Of a stretch of DNA of 64,000 nt, positions 9,292 to 18,285 are shown one piece after another. The notes beneath the pieces are model-generated. The model was given only the letters and a program-made list of their open reading frames with translations, was not told the DNA's origin and ran no database searches. A program made the translations under genes and the position numbers. Source of the DNA: an uncultured Pseudomonadales bacterium (GTDB taxonomy: Bacteria > Patescibacteriota > Microgenomatia > UBA1400 > CAYNMC01); NCBI GenBank assembly GCA_964414895.1, contig CAYPXO010000001.1:26999-90998 (forward strand), in the 5' to 3' direction. How positions within the stretch are numbered: position 1 is the first letter of the stretch; every line of letters starts with the position of its first letter.

Positions 9292-10082
9292 TGATAGGGT
9301 TTGTAGTTTTGATTGTAGGCATGGGAGTATTCGCCACTCTCAGAAAGGGAACGGCAAGTAACGAGGTTAGCCCAACGCTCCCCGATCCAAAAACGGAAAG
9401 AGTTCAAGAGCTGGAAGGCATCATGGCAGCCAATCCTAACAAGGATTCCCAAGAGTATCAGGCAGCCAGGCAGGAGTATTGTCTCCTAAAATCCAGACCA
9501 GCTACAGAAAGAGAGCAAGCAGTCGCCAATGTTAAGAAATTCCTGGGGATGCCAGATGTGCCTGTAGAATTTACCTGCGGAAGGGGCAATTCAGAGTATT
9601 ACACGGCAGCAGGGTTCAGCCTCAAGGTTGATCCTGAAACCAACTACATCATGGAAGTAGGCGAAGCAGAGCGCAGGTGGGGAACGAAAGAAGATGGCAC
9701 TCGCTGGTTTGACCCGATGCCAGAATACGATTACACAGTCCGCTACACCACGCCAGAGGCAATCAAACCAGTCGCTGAAGAATTCATGCGCAAGCACCAG
9801 GACATCCTGGGAGTGGACATCGACCAGATGACCTACGAATTTAGAGGCACGAAGCCTGGCAATTTCTTCCTTAAGTGGCATGACCAAGACTACCCGTCGG
9901 TGGAAGAACACGAAGAGTGCGGAGATGTTGACCCTGACGCAATGCCGATTGAAAACCGCTCGGGCGCTTACCAAAATGACCAAGGGGTTTGGTGCATTAA
10001 AAGCAAAGTAACCAGATACCCCTCGGTTTACATGACGATCACTCAGGGCGGGCAGGTAATCGTCTACAGTAAAGACAGCTGA
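9267..10082 (+). CDS. Membrane-anchored exported protein
   Basis: SD GGAGGTGA; N-terminal TM helix; paired Cys. Confidence 0.7.
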   Translation: MARHTKILMIGFVVLIVGMGVFATLRKGTASNEVSPTLPDPKTERVQELEGIMAANPNKDSQEYQAARQEYCLLKSRPATEREQAVANVKKFLGMPDVPVEFTCGRGNSEYYTAAGFSLKVDPETNYIMEVGEAERRWGTKEDGTRWFDPMPEYDYTVRYTTPEAIKPVAEEFMRKHQDILGVDIDQMTYEFRGTKPGNFFLKWHDQDYPSVEEHEECGDVDPDAMPIENRSGAYQNDQGVWCIKSKVTRYPSVYMTITQGGQVIVYSKDS

Positions 10083-10104
10083 GGATAAACCAGCCAGGCA
10101 AAGG

Positions 10105-10130
10105 TCTAGCCCCAGAAAAAGGGGGCTAGA
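10105..10130. terminator. Hairpin after moron part 1
   Basis: TCTAGCCCC / GGGGCTAGA 9-bp stem; weak U-tract. Confidence 0.5.
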
Positions 10131-10140
10131 TCAGTTCAAT

Positions 10141-10169
10141 TTGATAAATTTTTAATAAAAGCCTATAAT
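10141..10169 (+). promoter_or_regulatory. Strong sigma70-like promoter for the nuclease operon
   Basis: TTGATA-17-TATAAT. Confidence 0.7.
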
Positions 10170-10191
10170 TCAGGCAGAATCAGGAAAACGA

Positions 10192-11181
10192 ATGAAAAGA
10201 CTATTTGAAGGCAAAACGAAACTGATTACAATTCCCCTTATAGGGATTTTATCCCTTGCATTCCTCCCCATTGCCCTAGGGCTAGGACTGGGCTGGCTGG
10301 TTTATAAAAAGGTCGGCAGTCCGAAATTAAAATATTCCCTGCTGACAGTGATCGCCCTTTTTACCCTATTCACAGGCACTGCTTGGGTCTCAGCGATAAC
10401 CTCCCCCAGCAAGCCAGAATCAAAGCAAGAGCAAACTGCACAAGCCACCCCAACCCCTGAAGCCGAAACAGCAGCTGTAGAAATGACTCAAGAACCATCA
10501 CCCACTCAGGAATCGACATCAACCACAACGACCCCCGCAAATATGCAGACCGCTAAGGTGACCAGGGTCATCGACGGCGACACAATCGATGTCTCCTTTG
10601 ACGGAAAAACAGAAAGAATTAGGATTATAGGAATCGACACACCAGAGACAGTCGACCCCAGAAAACCAGTGGAATGCTTTGGGCAAGAAGCGTCAGCAGT
10701 TGCAAAAGAACAACTTACAGACGAAACAGTGCAGCTTGAATCCGATCCAACTCAAGGTGAAAGAGACAAATACAATCGGCTCTTGAGGTATGTGTGGATG
10801 GATGACGGCACTGTTGACTTCGGCAAACTGATGATCGCCACAGGTTACGCTCACGAATATACTTACAATCTCCCCTACAAATACCAAAAAGAATATAAAC
10901 AAGCCCAGAAGGACGCAGAAGAAGGCAAAAAAGGGCTGTGGGCTGATGATGCCTGTCCTCCACCCACTGAAAAACCCGCCACCGCACCAACCCAACCATC
11001 TTCAGGGGGAGGGTCGTGCAAATACTCCTGCACCAGTCCAGACAGGGACTGCGCCGATTTTTCAACCCATGCCGAAGCACAAGCGTTTTTTGAATGTTGC
11101 GGGTTTACCGCCACCAATGACCCGATGAGGCTAGACTCAGTCGGAATTGGAAACGGCATCGCCTGCGAATCATTACCATGA
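10192..11181 (+). CDS. Membrane-anchored thermonuclease (SNase) with Excalibur-like C-terminal domain
   Basis: Two TMs; VIDGDT, IRIIGIDTPE, DKYNRLLRYVW, KKGLW; DRDCADF...RLD..G.GIACE. Confidence 0.9.
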   Translation: MKRLFEGKTKLITIPLIGILSLAFLPIALGLGLGWLVYKKVGSPKLKYSLLTVIALFTLFTGTAWVSAITSPSKPESKQEQTAQATPTPEAETAAVEMTQEPSPTQESTSTTTTPANMQTAKVTRVIDGDTIDVSFDGKTERIRIIGIDTPETVDPRKPVECFGQEASAVAKEQLTDETVQLESDPTQGERDKYNRLLRYVWMDDGTVDFGKLMIATGYAHEYTYNLPYKYQKEYKQAQKDAEEGKKGLWADDACPPPTEKPATAPTQPSSGGGSCKYSCTSPDRDCADFSTHAEAQAFFECCGFTATNDPMRLDSVGIGNGIACESLP

Positions 11182-11522
11182 AGAAACTAGCCATAGCCAT
11201 TTTTATTGCCACAATCCTCTTGATACGGGGAGTCAGCCCAGCCCTTGCTAGACAAGGATGCTGTTCTCATCACAAAGGAGTTTGCGGTTGCCATTGTTGC
11301 GACGGCACGCCCCTCTCCGCAAAGTGCGCTCCTTACTACCCAAGCTGCAACAAGGCAAGCACCAGCACCTACAAAGCCCCTCAAAAAGAGGAAAAGAAGT
11401 GGTATCAAAGTGGGTGGACATATGTGATCGGCGGGCTTGGACTCTGGATGGGAGGCGCTTGGGTAAAAGAGAAAATTGACGAAAGAAGAAAAAGAAAAGA
11501 AGAAGAAAAAAACCATGAGTAA
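11178..11522 (+). CDS. Cys-rich exported protein with C-terminal TM
   Basis: Signal peptide; RQGCCSHHKGVCGC..CDG..S..C. Confidence 0.7.
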   Translation: MKKLAIAIFIATILLIRGVSPALARQGCCSHHKGVCGCHCCDGTPLSAKCAPYYPSCNKASTSTYKAPQKEEKKWYQSGWTYVIGGLGLWMGGAWVKEKIDERRKRKEEEKNHE

Positions 11523-11982
11523 AAACATTGTAAAACTAGCAACAATTCTGATATTTACCCCTCTGTTTTTATTTGCGTCAACTGCAAACATAGAAGCCAG
11601 AAGGGGATGTTGCTCTTGGCATGGTGGGGTTTGTGGCTGTGATACCGATGTTGGCAGGCAAGTTTGCTGCGACGGCACATACAGCCCCAGCTGCGGATGC
11701 GCTTATATTCCTAAGACCATGCCTACGCCAATGCCGACAAAAAAACCAACTCCCACCCCCACCAAGAAACCGACACCAGAGCCTACGAAAATAAGCACTC
11801 CAACCCCTCAACCAGCCGTTCAAACAACGACTAGCGACTCAGGCAGCTCAGACGACAGCACGATAGGCTGGCTAACACTGGCAGCGCTGGGCGGGGGCGG
11901 ATACTGGTTATACAAACGAGCTAAAAATAAAAAGAAGCCAGAGGAAACAAATAACTCTGAGCCAACAAACCAAAATGGATGA
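11515..11982 (+). CDS. Cys-rich exported protein, paralogue, with PT stalk and C-terminal TM
   Basis: Signal peptide; RRGCCSWHGGVCGC...CCDGTYSPSC; start MSKNIV at 11515. Confidence 0.7.
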   Translation: MSKNIVKLATILIFTPLFLFASTANIEARRGCCSWHGGVCGCDTDVGRQVCCDGTYSPSCGCAYIPKTMPTPMPTKKPTPTPTKKPTPEPTKISTPTPQPAVQTTTSDSGSSDDSTIGWLTLAALGGGGYWLYKRAKNKKKPEETNNSEPTNQNG

Positions 11983-12223
11983 AGAAAACAACGGCTTCGG
12001 TGGCATCATCGGAGTAATAATTTTTATCGTTATAATTTACTTTGCCTTCAAGTGGATTGGTGGCTGGGGCAAATACGAAGGCATGAGTGCAGAGGAATGG
12101 GCAGACGAAGCATATTACTGGGAAGACAGATACAATGAGTTTAGGGGGTGCGTGGAAGATTTCGACAGCATGGACATACGAGATCAGATCGACTACGGCG
12201 GGGTTTTTTATTACTGCGAATAA
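11975..12223 (+). CDS. Small membrane-anchored protein
   Basis: One TM and an acidic tail with two Cys. Confidence 0.6.
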   Translation: MDEENNGFGGIIGVIIFIVIIYFAFKWIGGWGKYEGMSAEEWADEAYYWEDRYNEFRGCVEDFDSMDIRDQIDYGGVFYYCE

Positions 12224-12228
12224 AGCAC

Positions 12229-12349
12229 TTGCATTTTTATTTTCAACTTTGTTAGAATGAATACAGTAAAGTAAACCGCCTAACGAATTGATCGGGGCTT
12301 GGGTTTCTCTATTCACAAGAGTAGGAAAACCTAAGCCCCGTTTTTATTT
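12229..12349 (+). promoter_or_regulatory. Late promoter plus attenuator leader 1
   Basis: TTGCAT-18-TAGAAT; 22-nt motif at 12278-12299; hairpin 12293-12340 followed by TTTTTATTT. Confidence 0.75.
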
Positions 12350-12361
12350 GAGGAAAAACTT

Positions 12362-14233
12362 ATGCCAAAAGTCAAAGAAGAAAAAATCACTCAAACAGCC
12401 CGCTATGATCCGCCAGAAGCCGATGAGAAATTGATCGAGAAGTGGAAAAAAAGATTTAAGCGAGCAAAAGACTTCCGTGATCCATACCAGGCGAAGTGGC
12501 TGAGACTTTATCAGCTATACCGAGCCTATCAAAATAAGAAAAACTACGCTTACAATACCCGCCTGATGCCCCCGATTGCCTTTGAAATTGTCAAAACAGT
12601 CGTCTCAAGACTGGCAACAGCAAAGCGCCAGACCAGAATTATACCCAGAGAGAAAGCCGACCTTAAATCCCCAGCCCTTGATTCCTGGGACAACCTGGTG
12701 AATTATGACTTTGACATTATAGAACTGGCAAAGAAGCTCCCCAACTGGATCGAAGCCTCCACCCTCTACGGCAACGGCATCATCAAATTGGCGTGGAAGG
12801 TGCTGACCACCACCGACGATGATGGCAAAGCAACTACCATCTATGACGACCCCAACATGAGCCTGAGCGACCTGTGGGACATCCTCCCCGCCCCTGAAAC
12901 CACCGACTTACAAGAAGACTGCCCTTGGCTCATCCACCGCATCGTCAAACCCAAAGCCAGGATTGTAAAAGAGGAAAAAGCCAGAGGTGAAGGCAAGATT
13001 TATAAGAACCTGGAATTTGTAGAGGACAAGAAAGTCGAGGATTGGAAAAAAGAGCGCTACGAAATCAATGCCAAAAAGATGTCTCAGATGGGCGGAGGGG
13101 AAAAGGAAAATGAGAGCGGAGAGAGTAAAATCCTGCCCGAAAAAAGCGAAGGCGAAAAGCAGGTAGAGATTTGGGAATGCTGGGACTGGGAGGAAGACAA
13201 ACTGGTTGTAATTATGAACCAGGAAGTCCTCACCAGAGATGATGAGAACCCTTACCTGGCAATCAATGGCGGGCGGATTTATGTTGACTTGCCAGACATG
13301 CCACTCCTCTGGGAATTCTGGGCAACAGGACACATCGAGCCAGTCGAAACCACCATCCTGGAGATTGCCGACCTCAGAAACCAGAGAATGGACGACATCA
13401 TTTTAATGCTCGACCCTGTGGTTAAAATCAGAAAAGACTCAGGCATTACTAAAAACGACATTGTCTTTGCACCAGGCGCAGTCTGGGAGCTGAGAAAAAT
13501 GACCGATGCTGTGATTGAAAGACCACCTGAAATAAGCCTCATGGGAGTAAACGAAGACAAGCTAATGCGAGACGAAATCAGCCGAACCCTGGCGCTTGGC
13601 GAGTATATGCAGGGCATGCCCCAGTCCAGCCAAGAGCCTCTGGGTAAAGTAGCAATGCTTCTAGGACAGAGCAACCTGCGCCTAAGCATGAACGCCAGCA
13701 ACATTGCAGTAGCCCTGACCCAGGTGGCAAACATTCTAATCGAAATGAACCGAGAATTTATCGATAAAGACAAACTCTATCGAGTCGTCGGCGAGGAGGT
13801 CGAATTCAAGGAATTTAAGAAAGAAGATAAAAAGGTCAAAGTCGACGCCATCGTTAAAGTTGACCCAGTAATTCCCCCAGACCAGACAGCCAGAATCAAC
13901 CAGATTTTGATGCTTTACGACAAGCTGATCGCCCAGGACAAACCCGATCCCAAAGACCCAGAGGACATCAAACGCTGGCTCAAGAGAAAAAGAACCCTGC
14001 AGAAGATGCTCCTGGAAGAGCTAGACCTTGATCAGTATATCGAGCTTTTGTTAGGGAAAGATGAAGAAGAAGGCAAAGAGACGACAGAAACACCCGCCGT
14101 TGCCCCTGTGTCACCCGCTAAAGAGGCTTTGCCAGCGCAGTCGGCTGGGTATAATGCCCCCGCAAACCAAGCAGGCGCAGGAATCAGAAGGGTGCTGCAG
14201 CAAATTCCTTTGCTCGGTAGAATGGTGGGATAA
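12362..14233 (+). CDS. Portal protein (P22/SU10-like)
   Basis: 623 aa; YGNGIIK; DPVVKI...PGAVW; position between terminase and head genes. Confidence 0.85.
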   Translation: MPKVKEEKITQTARYDPPEADEKLIEKWKKRFKRAKDFRDPYQAKWLRLYQLYRAYQNKKNYAYNTRLMPPIAFEIVKTVVSRLATAKRQTRIIPREKADLKSPALDSWDNLVNYDFDIIELAKKLPNWIEASTLYGNGIIKLAWKVLTTTDDDGKATTIYDDPNMSLSDLWDILPAPETTDLQEDCPWLIHRIVKPKARIVKEEKARGEGKIYKNLEFVEDKKVEDWKKERYEINAKKMSQMGGGEKENESGESKILPEKSEGEKQVEIWECWDWEEDKLVVIMNQEVLTRDDENPYLAINGGRIYVDLPDMPLLWEFWATGHIEPVETTILEIADLRNQRMDDIILMLDPVVKIRKDSGITKNDIVFAPGAVWELRKMTDAVIERPPEISLMGVNEDKLMRDEISRTLALGEYMQGMPQSSQEPLGKVAMLLGQSNLRLSMNASNIAVALTQVANILIEMNREFIDKDKLYRVVGEEVEFKEFKKEDKKVKVDAIVKVDPVIPPDQTARINQILMLYDKLIAQDKPDPKDPEDIKRWLKRKRTLQKMLLEELDLDQYIELLLGKDEEEGKETTETPAVAPVSPAKEALPAQSAGYNAPANQAGAGIRRVLQQIPLLGRMVG

Positions 14234-14241
14234 AGGACGAC

Positions 14242-14372
14242 TTGACAAAGGTTAGAAGACTTTATTACAATGAAAACAGTTAAATAGAAGACAAAGCCTA
14301 ACGAATTGATCGGGGCTAAGACTTCTAGACATACGCATTGAGCGTGTGCTTAGGAGTTTTAGCCCCTTTTTT
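14242..14372 (+). promoter_or_regulatory. Late promoter plus attenuator leader 2
   Basis: TTGACA-18-TACAAT; identical 22-nt motif at 14296-14317; hairpin 14312-14366 followed by TTTTTT. Confidence 0.75.
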
Positions 14373-14394
14373 GTTGGTCAGGAGGTGAAAAAAT

Positions 14395-14829
14395 ATGCCT
14401 AAACAACTAGAACAAAACTTCGCAAAAGCAAACACAATCCCCATTCAATTAGTCGCTGATCCAGGAGACATCAACGGAGCAGCAATCGACACTTACGACT
14501 CAGGTGGACATCCCCAATTTGATACCGCTCTAGCAATGATTGAGATCGGTTTAATCACAGGAACACCGACAAAGGTGGAAATTTCAGTTGAGGAAGACGA
14601 CGACGCAGCATTCGGCGGGGCAACCATAGCGGAAGGCGGGGCAATCGTGGAAGTGACAGCCCAGCACAGCTATTTAATGCAGATTAAAAGGAAAAAGAGA
14701 TACCTGAGAGTGGTTGTAGACACGACAGCAGGAACGACACCGACAGTTCAGGCTTTTGCAGCATTTATTTTGTTCAACGCCCAGAAGCCGTTCCCATGCT
14801 TGACGGCAGCTGATGTTGACAACAGCTAA
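14395..14829 (+). CDS. Putative capsid cement/decoration protein
   Basis: Beta-rich, with KRYLRV motif; strong SD. Confidence 0.5.
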   Translation: MPKQLEQNFAKANTIPIQLVADPGDINGAAIDTYDSGGHPQFDTALAMIEIGLITGTPTKVEISVEEDDDAAFGGATIAEGGAIVEVTAQHSYLMQIKRKKRYLRVVVDTTAGTTPTVQAFAAFILFNAQKPFPCLTAADVDNS

Positions 14830-14836
14830 AAAAACT

Positions 14837-15178
14837 ATGCCAAACGAAGCGAATCAAACACCAGCAGGTGCTGCACCTCCAGCAGAGGGAGCAGCCCCAG
14901 CAGCGAGCTTAAAACAAGCTCCCGCCGAAAATAAGCAGGCAATTTGGGCGAAGGTTGAAGCTGTGTATAACGCAGCGAAAAAGGCATATTTATCAGGAGG
15001 ATCGACCTTAGCCGATGTCCTGGACAGCCTTACGGCAACACTAATGGACATTCACGCAGCCGAAACCCAAGCAATGGGGGGATTAGGAGCAGGACAGCCA
15101 GAGATGGAATTACCAGCGCCTCCGCCTCCAACACCCGCAGCACCAGCTGCAGGGGAGGAAAAAGCGCCAGTAGCTTAA
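14837..15178 (+). CDS. Ala/Pro-rich head-region protein
   Basis: AAAACTATG start at 14837. Confidence 0.6.
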   Translation: MPNEANQTPAGAAPPAEGAAPAASLKQAPAENKQAIWAKVEAVYNAAKKAYLSGGSTLADVLDSLTATLMDIHAAETQAMGGLGAGQPEMELPAPPPPTPAAPAAGEEKAPVA

Positions 15179-15182
15179 AACT

Positions 15183-15437
15183 ATGACAACCGACATCGAT
15201 GAGAAGCTAGACAAAGGCAATAAAGTTTGGGAGATGACCCAGACTGAAGGCTGGCAGATCATTAAAAGTCAAGTTGAAGACGAAGCACGGATCGAAACCG
15301 ATGAGCTTCTTGACTGTCCAGAGGACGAGGTCAAAGAACATCGTGGGGCAATCAAGGCTTATAGGAAAGTCCTAAGCATGGTTGAGACTGCCGAGAAAGA
15401 AAAACAAGAGGCAGCCAAAGCCGTCCGAAAGGAATAG
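15183..15437 (+). CDS. Head-module hypothetical protein
   Basis: TEGWQII motif typical of small helical proteins next to portal genes. Confidence 0.65.
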   Translation: MTTDIDEKLDKGNKVWEMTQTEGWQIIKSQVEDEARIETDELLDCPEDEVKEHRGAIKAYRKVLSMVETAEKEKQEAAKAVRKE

Positions 15438-15439
15438 AC

Positions 15440-15766
15440 ATGACAGACGAAAAAGAAAATAAAAAACCAGAAGAAGGCAAGGAAAACACAGAAGGCAATG
15501 TGGTGCTTGCCAAGTTTAAAAAAGATCAGAAAAAAGAAAATCGTCACAAGCGGTGGCGGGTAGTCGAAGATTCCGTCTCCGCAGCCAGAAAAGCCTATAC
15601 AGGAGGCTACGGAGAACCTGACAAAGACGCAAAACTTGTTAGTTTTGAAACCGCCGTCAAGGACTTAGTCGAAGTCCTAGAAAAAGTCCTTGCTGGTGAA
15701 GTCAAATTAGGAGGTCTAGGCGAAGACCAGGGAGGCATTGACCTTCCTGCCGAAGCCAGCGAATAA
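15440..15766 (+). CDS. Head-module hypothetical protein
   Basis: Core (AA.KAY..G ... GGLG..Q..I.LPA) resembles the 14837 product. Confidence 0.6.
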   Translation: MTDEKENKKPEEGKENTEGNVVLAKFKKDQKKENRHKRWRVVEDSVSAARKAYTGGYGEPDKDAKLVSFETAVKDLVEVLEKVLAGEVKLGGLGEDQGGIDLPAEASE

Positions 15767-15771
15767 AAACT

Positions 15772-15987
15772 ATGCCATTCGGAATCAAAGGTAAAACCAA
15801 AAAATGGGAGGAAAAGACCAAGACAGGGCAAAAAGTAGATGCCAGGATCGAAAAGTGTGTCAAAGGTCGCATGGCTGACCCAGACTTTAAGCCCCAAAAG
15901 GGCAGGACAAAAAAAGAATCAGCCATAGCAGTATGCAAATCAGCAATTACTAGGTCAAAAGAATTTAGCAAGCAATTATCAAAGTGA
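15772..15987 (+). CDS. Small phage protein (EKCVK...SAIAVC)
   Basis: Tightly packed ORF with AAAACTATG start. Confidence 0.6.
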   Translation: MPFGIKGKTKKWEEKTKTGQKVDARIEKCVKGRMADPDFKPQKGRTKKESAIAVCKSAITRSKEFSKQLSK

Positions 15988-15988
15988 G

Positions 15989-16882
15989 GTGATGACTATG
16001 CCAGACGAACCAAACAAAGAACAAGCCGAACTCGAAAAGCTATTAAACGAACCGCCTGAAGACGAGGAGGAAGGTAAAGACGAGCCAGGGAAGGGCGAGG
16101 AAGGCAAGGATAAAGGTGGAGAAGGTGGCGAAGGCACGGAGGGCGAAGAAGGCGGAGAAGAAGGCTCAGAGCCAGGAGTGACTAAAATCAAGCCTGAAGG
16201 TTCTGAGGAGGGTGAAGAAGGGGAAGAAGGCAAGGATAAAGGTAAAAAAAGCGGGGGCGAGGAGGACGAATTTAAAGGCAAAAGTCGTGAAGAAGTCATC
16301 GAAATGCTAAAAGAGCAGCGAAAGAAAGCTGCCAAGCCCGACGAAAAAAGTAAAGGCAAAGAGGGCGAAGAAGGTGCTGAGGAAGGTGAGGAGGGCAAAG
16401 AACCGACAGTCCCGACAGCAGAAGAACTGCAAAAAATGACACCCTCAGATTTTGCAAAGTGGGTCTTAGCACGCATTGACGAAGGGGTAAAAAGGACTAT
16501 CGAAAGCCAGGATAAAGTCAGAGGCGCTGTCAAAAAAGAGATCGCAGATGCCAAAAAAGAGCATAACTTAGGCGATCCCGACTACAGAAAAATGGTCTTA
16601 GCAATTATCGAGGCATCCAGCGCTAAAGGCACTGTAATGCCACTTAAAGACGCTTGCAAGCAGGTAGACGCCTTCTTAGGCAAGCACAAAGGAAAAACTA
16701 AAGGTGAATCTGAAGAATTATCAGATGAGGAAAAGAGCCGACTCAAAAAAGCAAAGGCTCAAGTAGAGAGCGGAGCGGGCGCTCCGACTAAACCCGAAGG
16801 CTCGGATGCCGAGACAAAACGCATCCAGAAAGCTCTCGGAGGTAGCGGTCAAACAAGCCCTCTAGGAGGGTTAGGAATATAA
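15989..16882 (+). CDS. Scaffolding protein
   Basis: E/G/K low-complexity N-terminus; immediately upstream of the major capsid gene. Confidence 0.7.
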   Translation: MMTMPDEPNKEQAELEKLLNEPPEDEEEGKDEPGKGEEGKDKGGEGGEGTEGEEGGEEGSEPGVTKIKPEGSEEGEEGEEGKDKGKKSGGEEDEFKGKSREEVIEMLKEQRKKAAKPDEKSKGKEGEEGAEEGEEGKEPTVPTAEELQKMTPSDFAKWVLARIDEGVKRTIESQDKVRGAVKKEIADAKKEHNLGDPDYRKMVLAIIEASSAKGTVMPLKDACKQVDAFLGKHKGKTKGESEELSDEEKSRLKKAKAQVESGAGAPTKPEGSDAETKRIQKALGGSGQTSPLGGLGI

Positions 16883-16930
16883 ATAACCCCCTCCTAAATC
16901 ATTAAACAGAAAGGGGGTGAATAAAAAAAT

Positions 16931-18115
16931 ATGCCATCAGCAACAGGAATCAGAGGAACAGCAACACCAGACGACGCATCAGTGGTCATGCCGACCAGGA
17001 AATATGATGTAGCCGATGTTATTTCGCTATTGGATGTCAACCGATATCCGCTTTTAGCGATCTTAACTAACGCAGGAAAAGACCCAGTGACTAAGCAAGG
17101 AAAAGCCATGAAAAAGGTCGAGACTCTCGACCCGCAATTTAAGTGGTTTGAGGACGAATTCGGAAAAAGACAATTGACAGGCTCAGGCACAGTCGACCCA
17201 GACGGAGGCAACTTAACCGTCACAGCGCAAACGCAATACTTGCAGGTAGGAGATGTGGTTTTGGTAGCACTACAGAAATGGGTATTCGAAGTGACCGCAA
17301 TTACCGACGCCAATGTGGTTGTCGTAGGGGCAGAGCTAGGAGGGGCAACGGGAGCAGCAGCATCAGCAGTAGGCGATGTTTGGTTGATCGGGAATGTGAA
17401 CGAGGAAGGTGCGGGCTTGCGAGCCATCAAATCGACCCTTGCAGCCGAGGTTTACAACTACTGTCAAATTTTCAGAACGCCAATCGGTATTACGGAGACA
17501 GCCAAAAATACCAAGATGTGGACTAAGGAAAATGACTTTGACTACCAGAGACGCAAGAAAGGGATCGAACACATGGTTGACATTGAAAGAGCATTCTTAT
17601 TCGGAAAGAGAGGAATTGTCACCACAGGAACGCATCCCAAGAGATTTTCAGCAGGAATTTTGAGCAGAATCAGCACTTACGCTACTGCCAGTGTGGACAC
17701 GGAATCAGAGTTTGAGACATGGCTAGAAAGCTTATTCGCACACGGAAATGTGGAGAAATACCTCTTTGCAGCAGCCTCGGTGATCTCGATGATCAACCAG
17801 TGGGCAAAAGGGAAACTCCAAGTAATGAGCAAAGACAAGACCTACGGACTCGCCATCGTCACTTACGAATCGCCACACGGAACGCTGCACATGATCAAGC
17901 ATCCGCTATTGACTGGAACGACCTATGGAAACTACGCAGTAGGATTAGACATGGAGACGCTGACATACCGCTACCTCAGCAACCGAGACACTAAACTCTT
18001 GACCAACCGACAAGCACGAGGGGAAGACAGCCAAGTAGACGAATACTTGAGCGAAGTTGGATTGCAAATGGAGCAGGAAAAAAGACACGCCATCATGAGC
18101 ATGGGTGCGCTCTAA
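16931..18115 (+). CDS. Major capsid protein (SU10/DUF5309-like)
   Basis: FKWFEDE; NYCQIFRT; DIERAFLFG; YESPHG.L; EVGLQ motifs. Confidence 0.85.
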   Translation: MPSATGIRGTATPDDASVVMPTRKYDVADVISLLDVNRYPLLAILTNAGKDPVTKQGKAMKKVETLDPQFKWFEDEFGKRQLTGSGTVDPDGGNLTVTAQTQYLQVGDVVLVALQKWVFEVTAITDANVVVVGAELGGATGAAASAVGDVWLIGNVNEEGAGLRAIKSTLAAEVYNYCQIFRTPIGITETAKNTKMWTKENDFDYQRRKKGIEHMVDIERAFLFGKRGIVTTGTHPKRFSAGILSRISTYATASVDTESEFETWLESLFAHGNVEKYLFAAASVISMINQWAKGKLQVMSKDKTYGLAIVTYESPHGTLHMIKHPLLTGTTYGNYAVGLDMETLTYRYLSNRDTKLLTNRQARGEDSQVDEYLSEVGLQMEQEKRHAIMSMGAL

Positions 18116-18285
18116 AGTTAACAACTGAAAGGATTGATATGCCTAAACGGATTGAAGCTAGGAAGTCACTACACACTTTCTTACTCAGTGTAGTCGCCTG
18201 AGCAGGGGTGAGCGTAATCATCCCTGCAAACTAAAAATCAAATGATTTTATTTAAAAAAACTAAAACGAAAAGAGGTGACAAACG

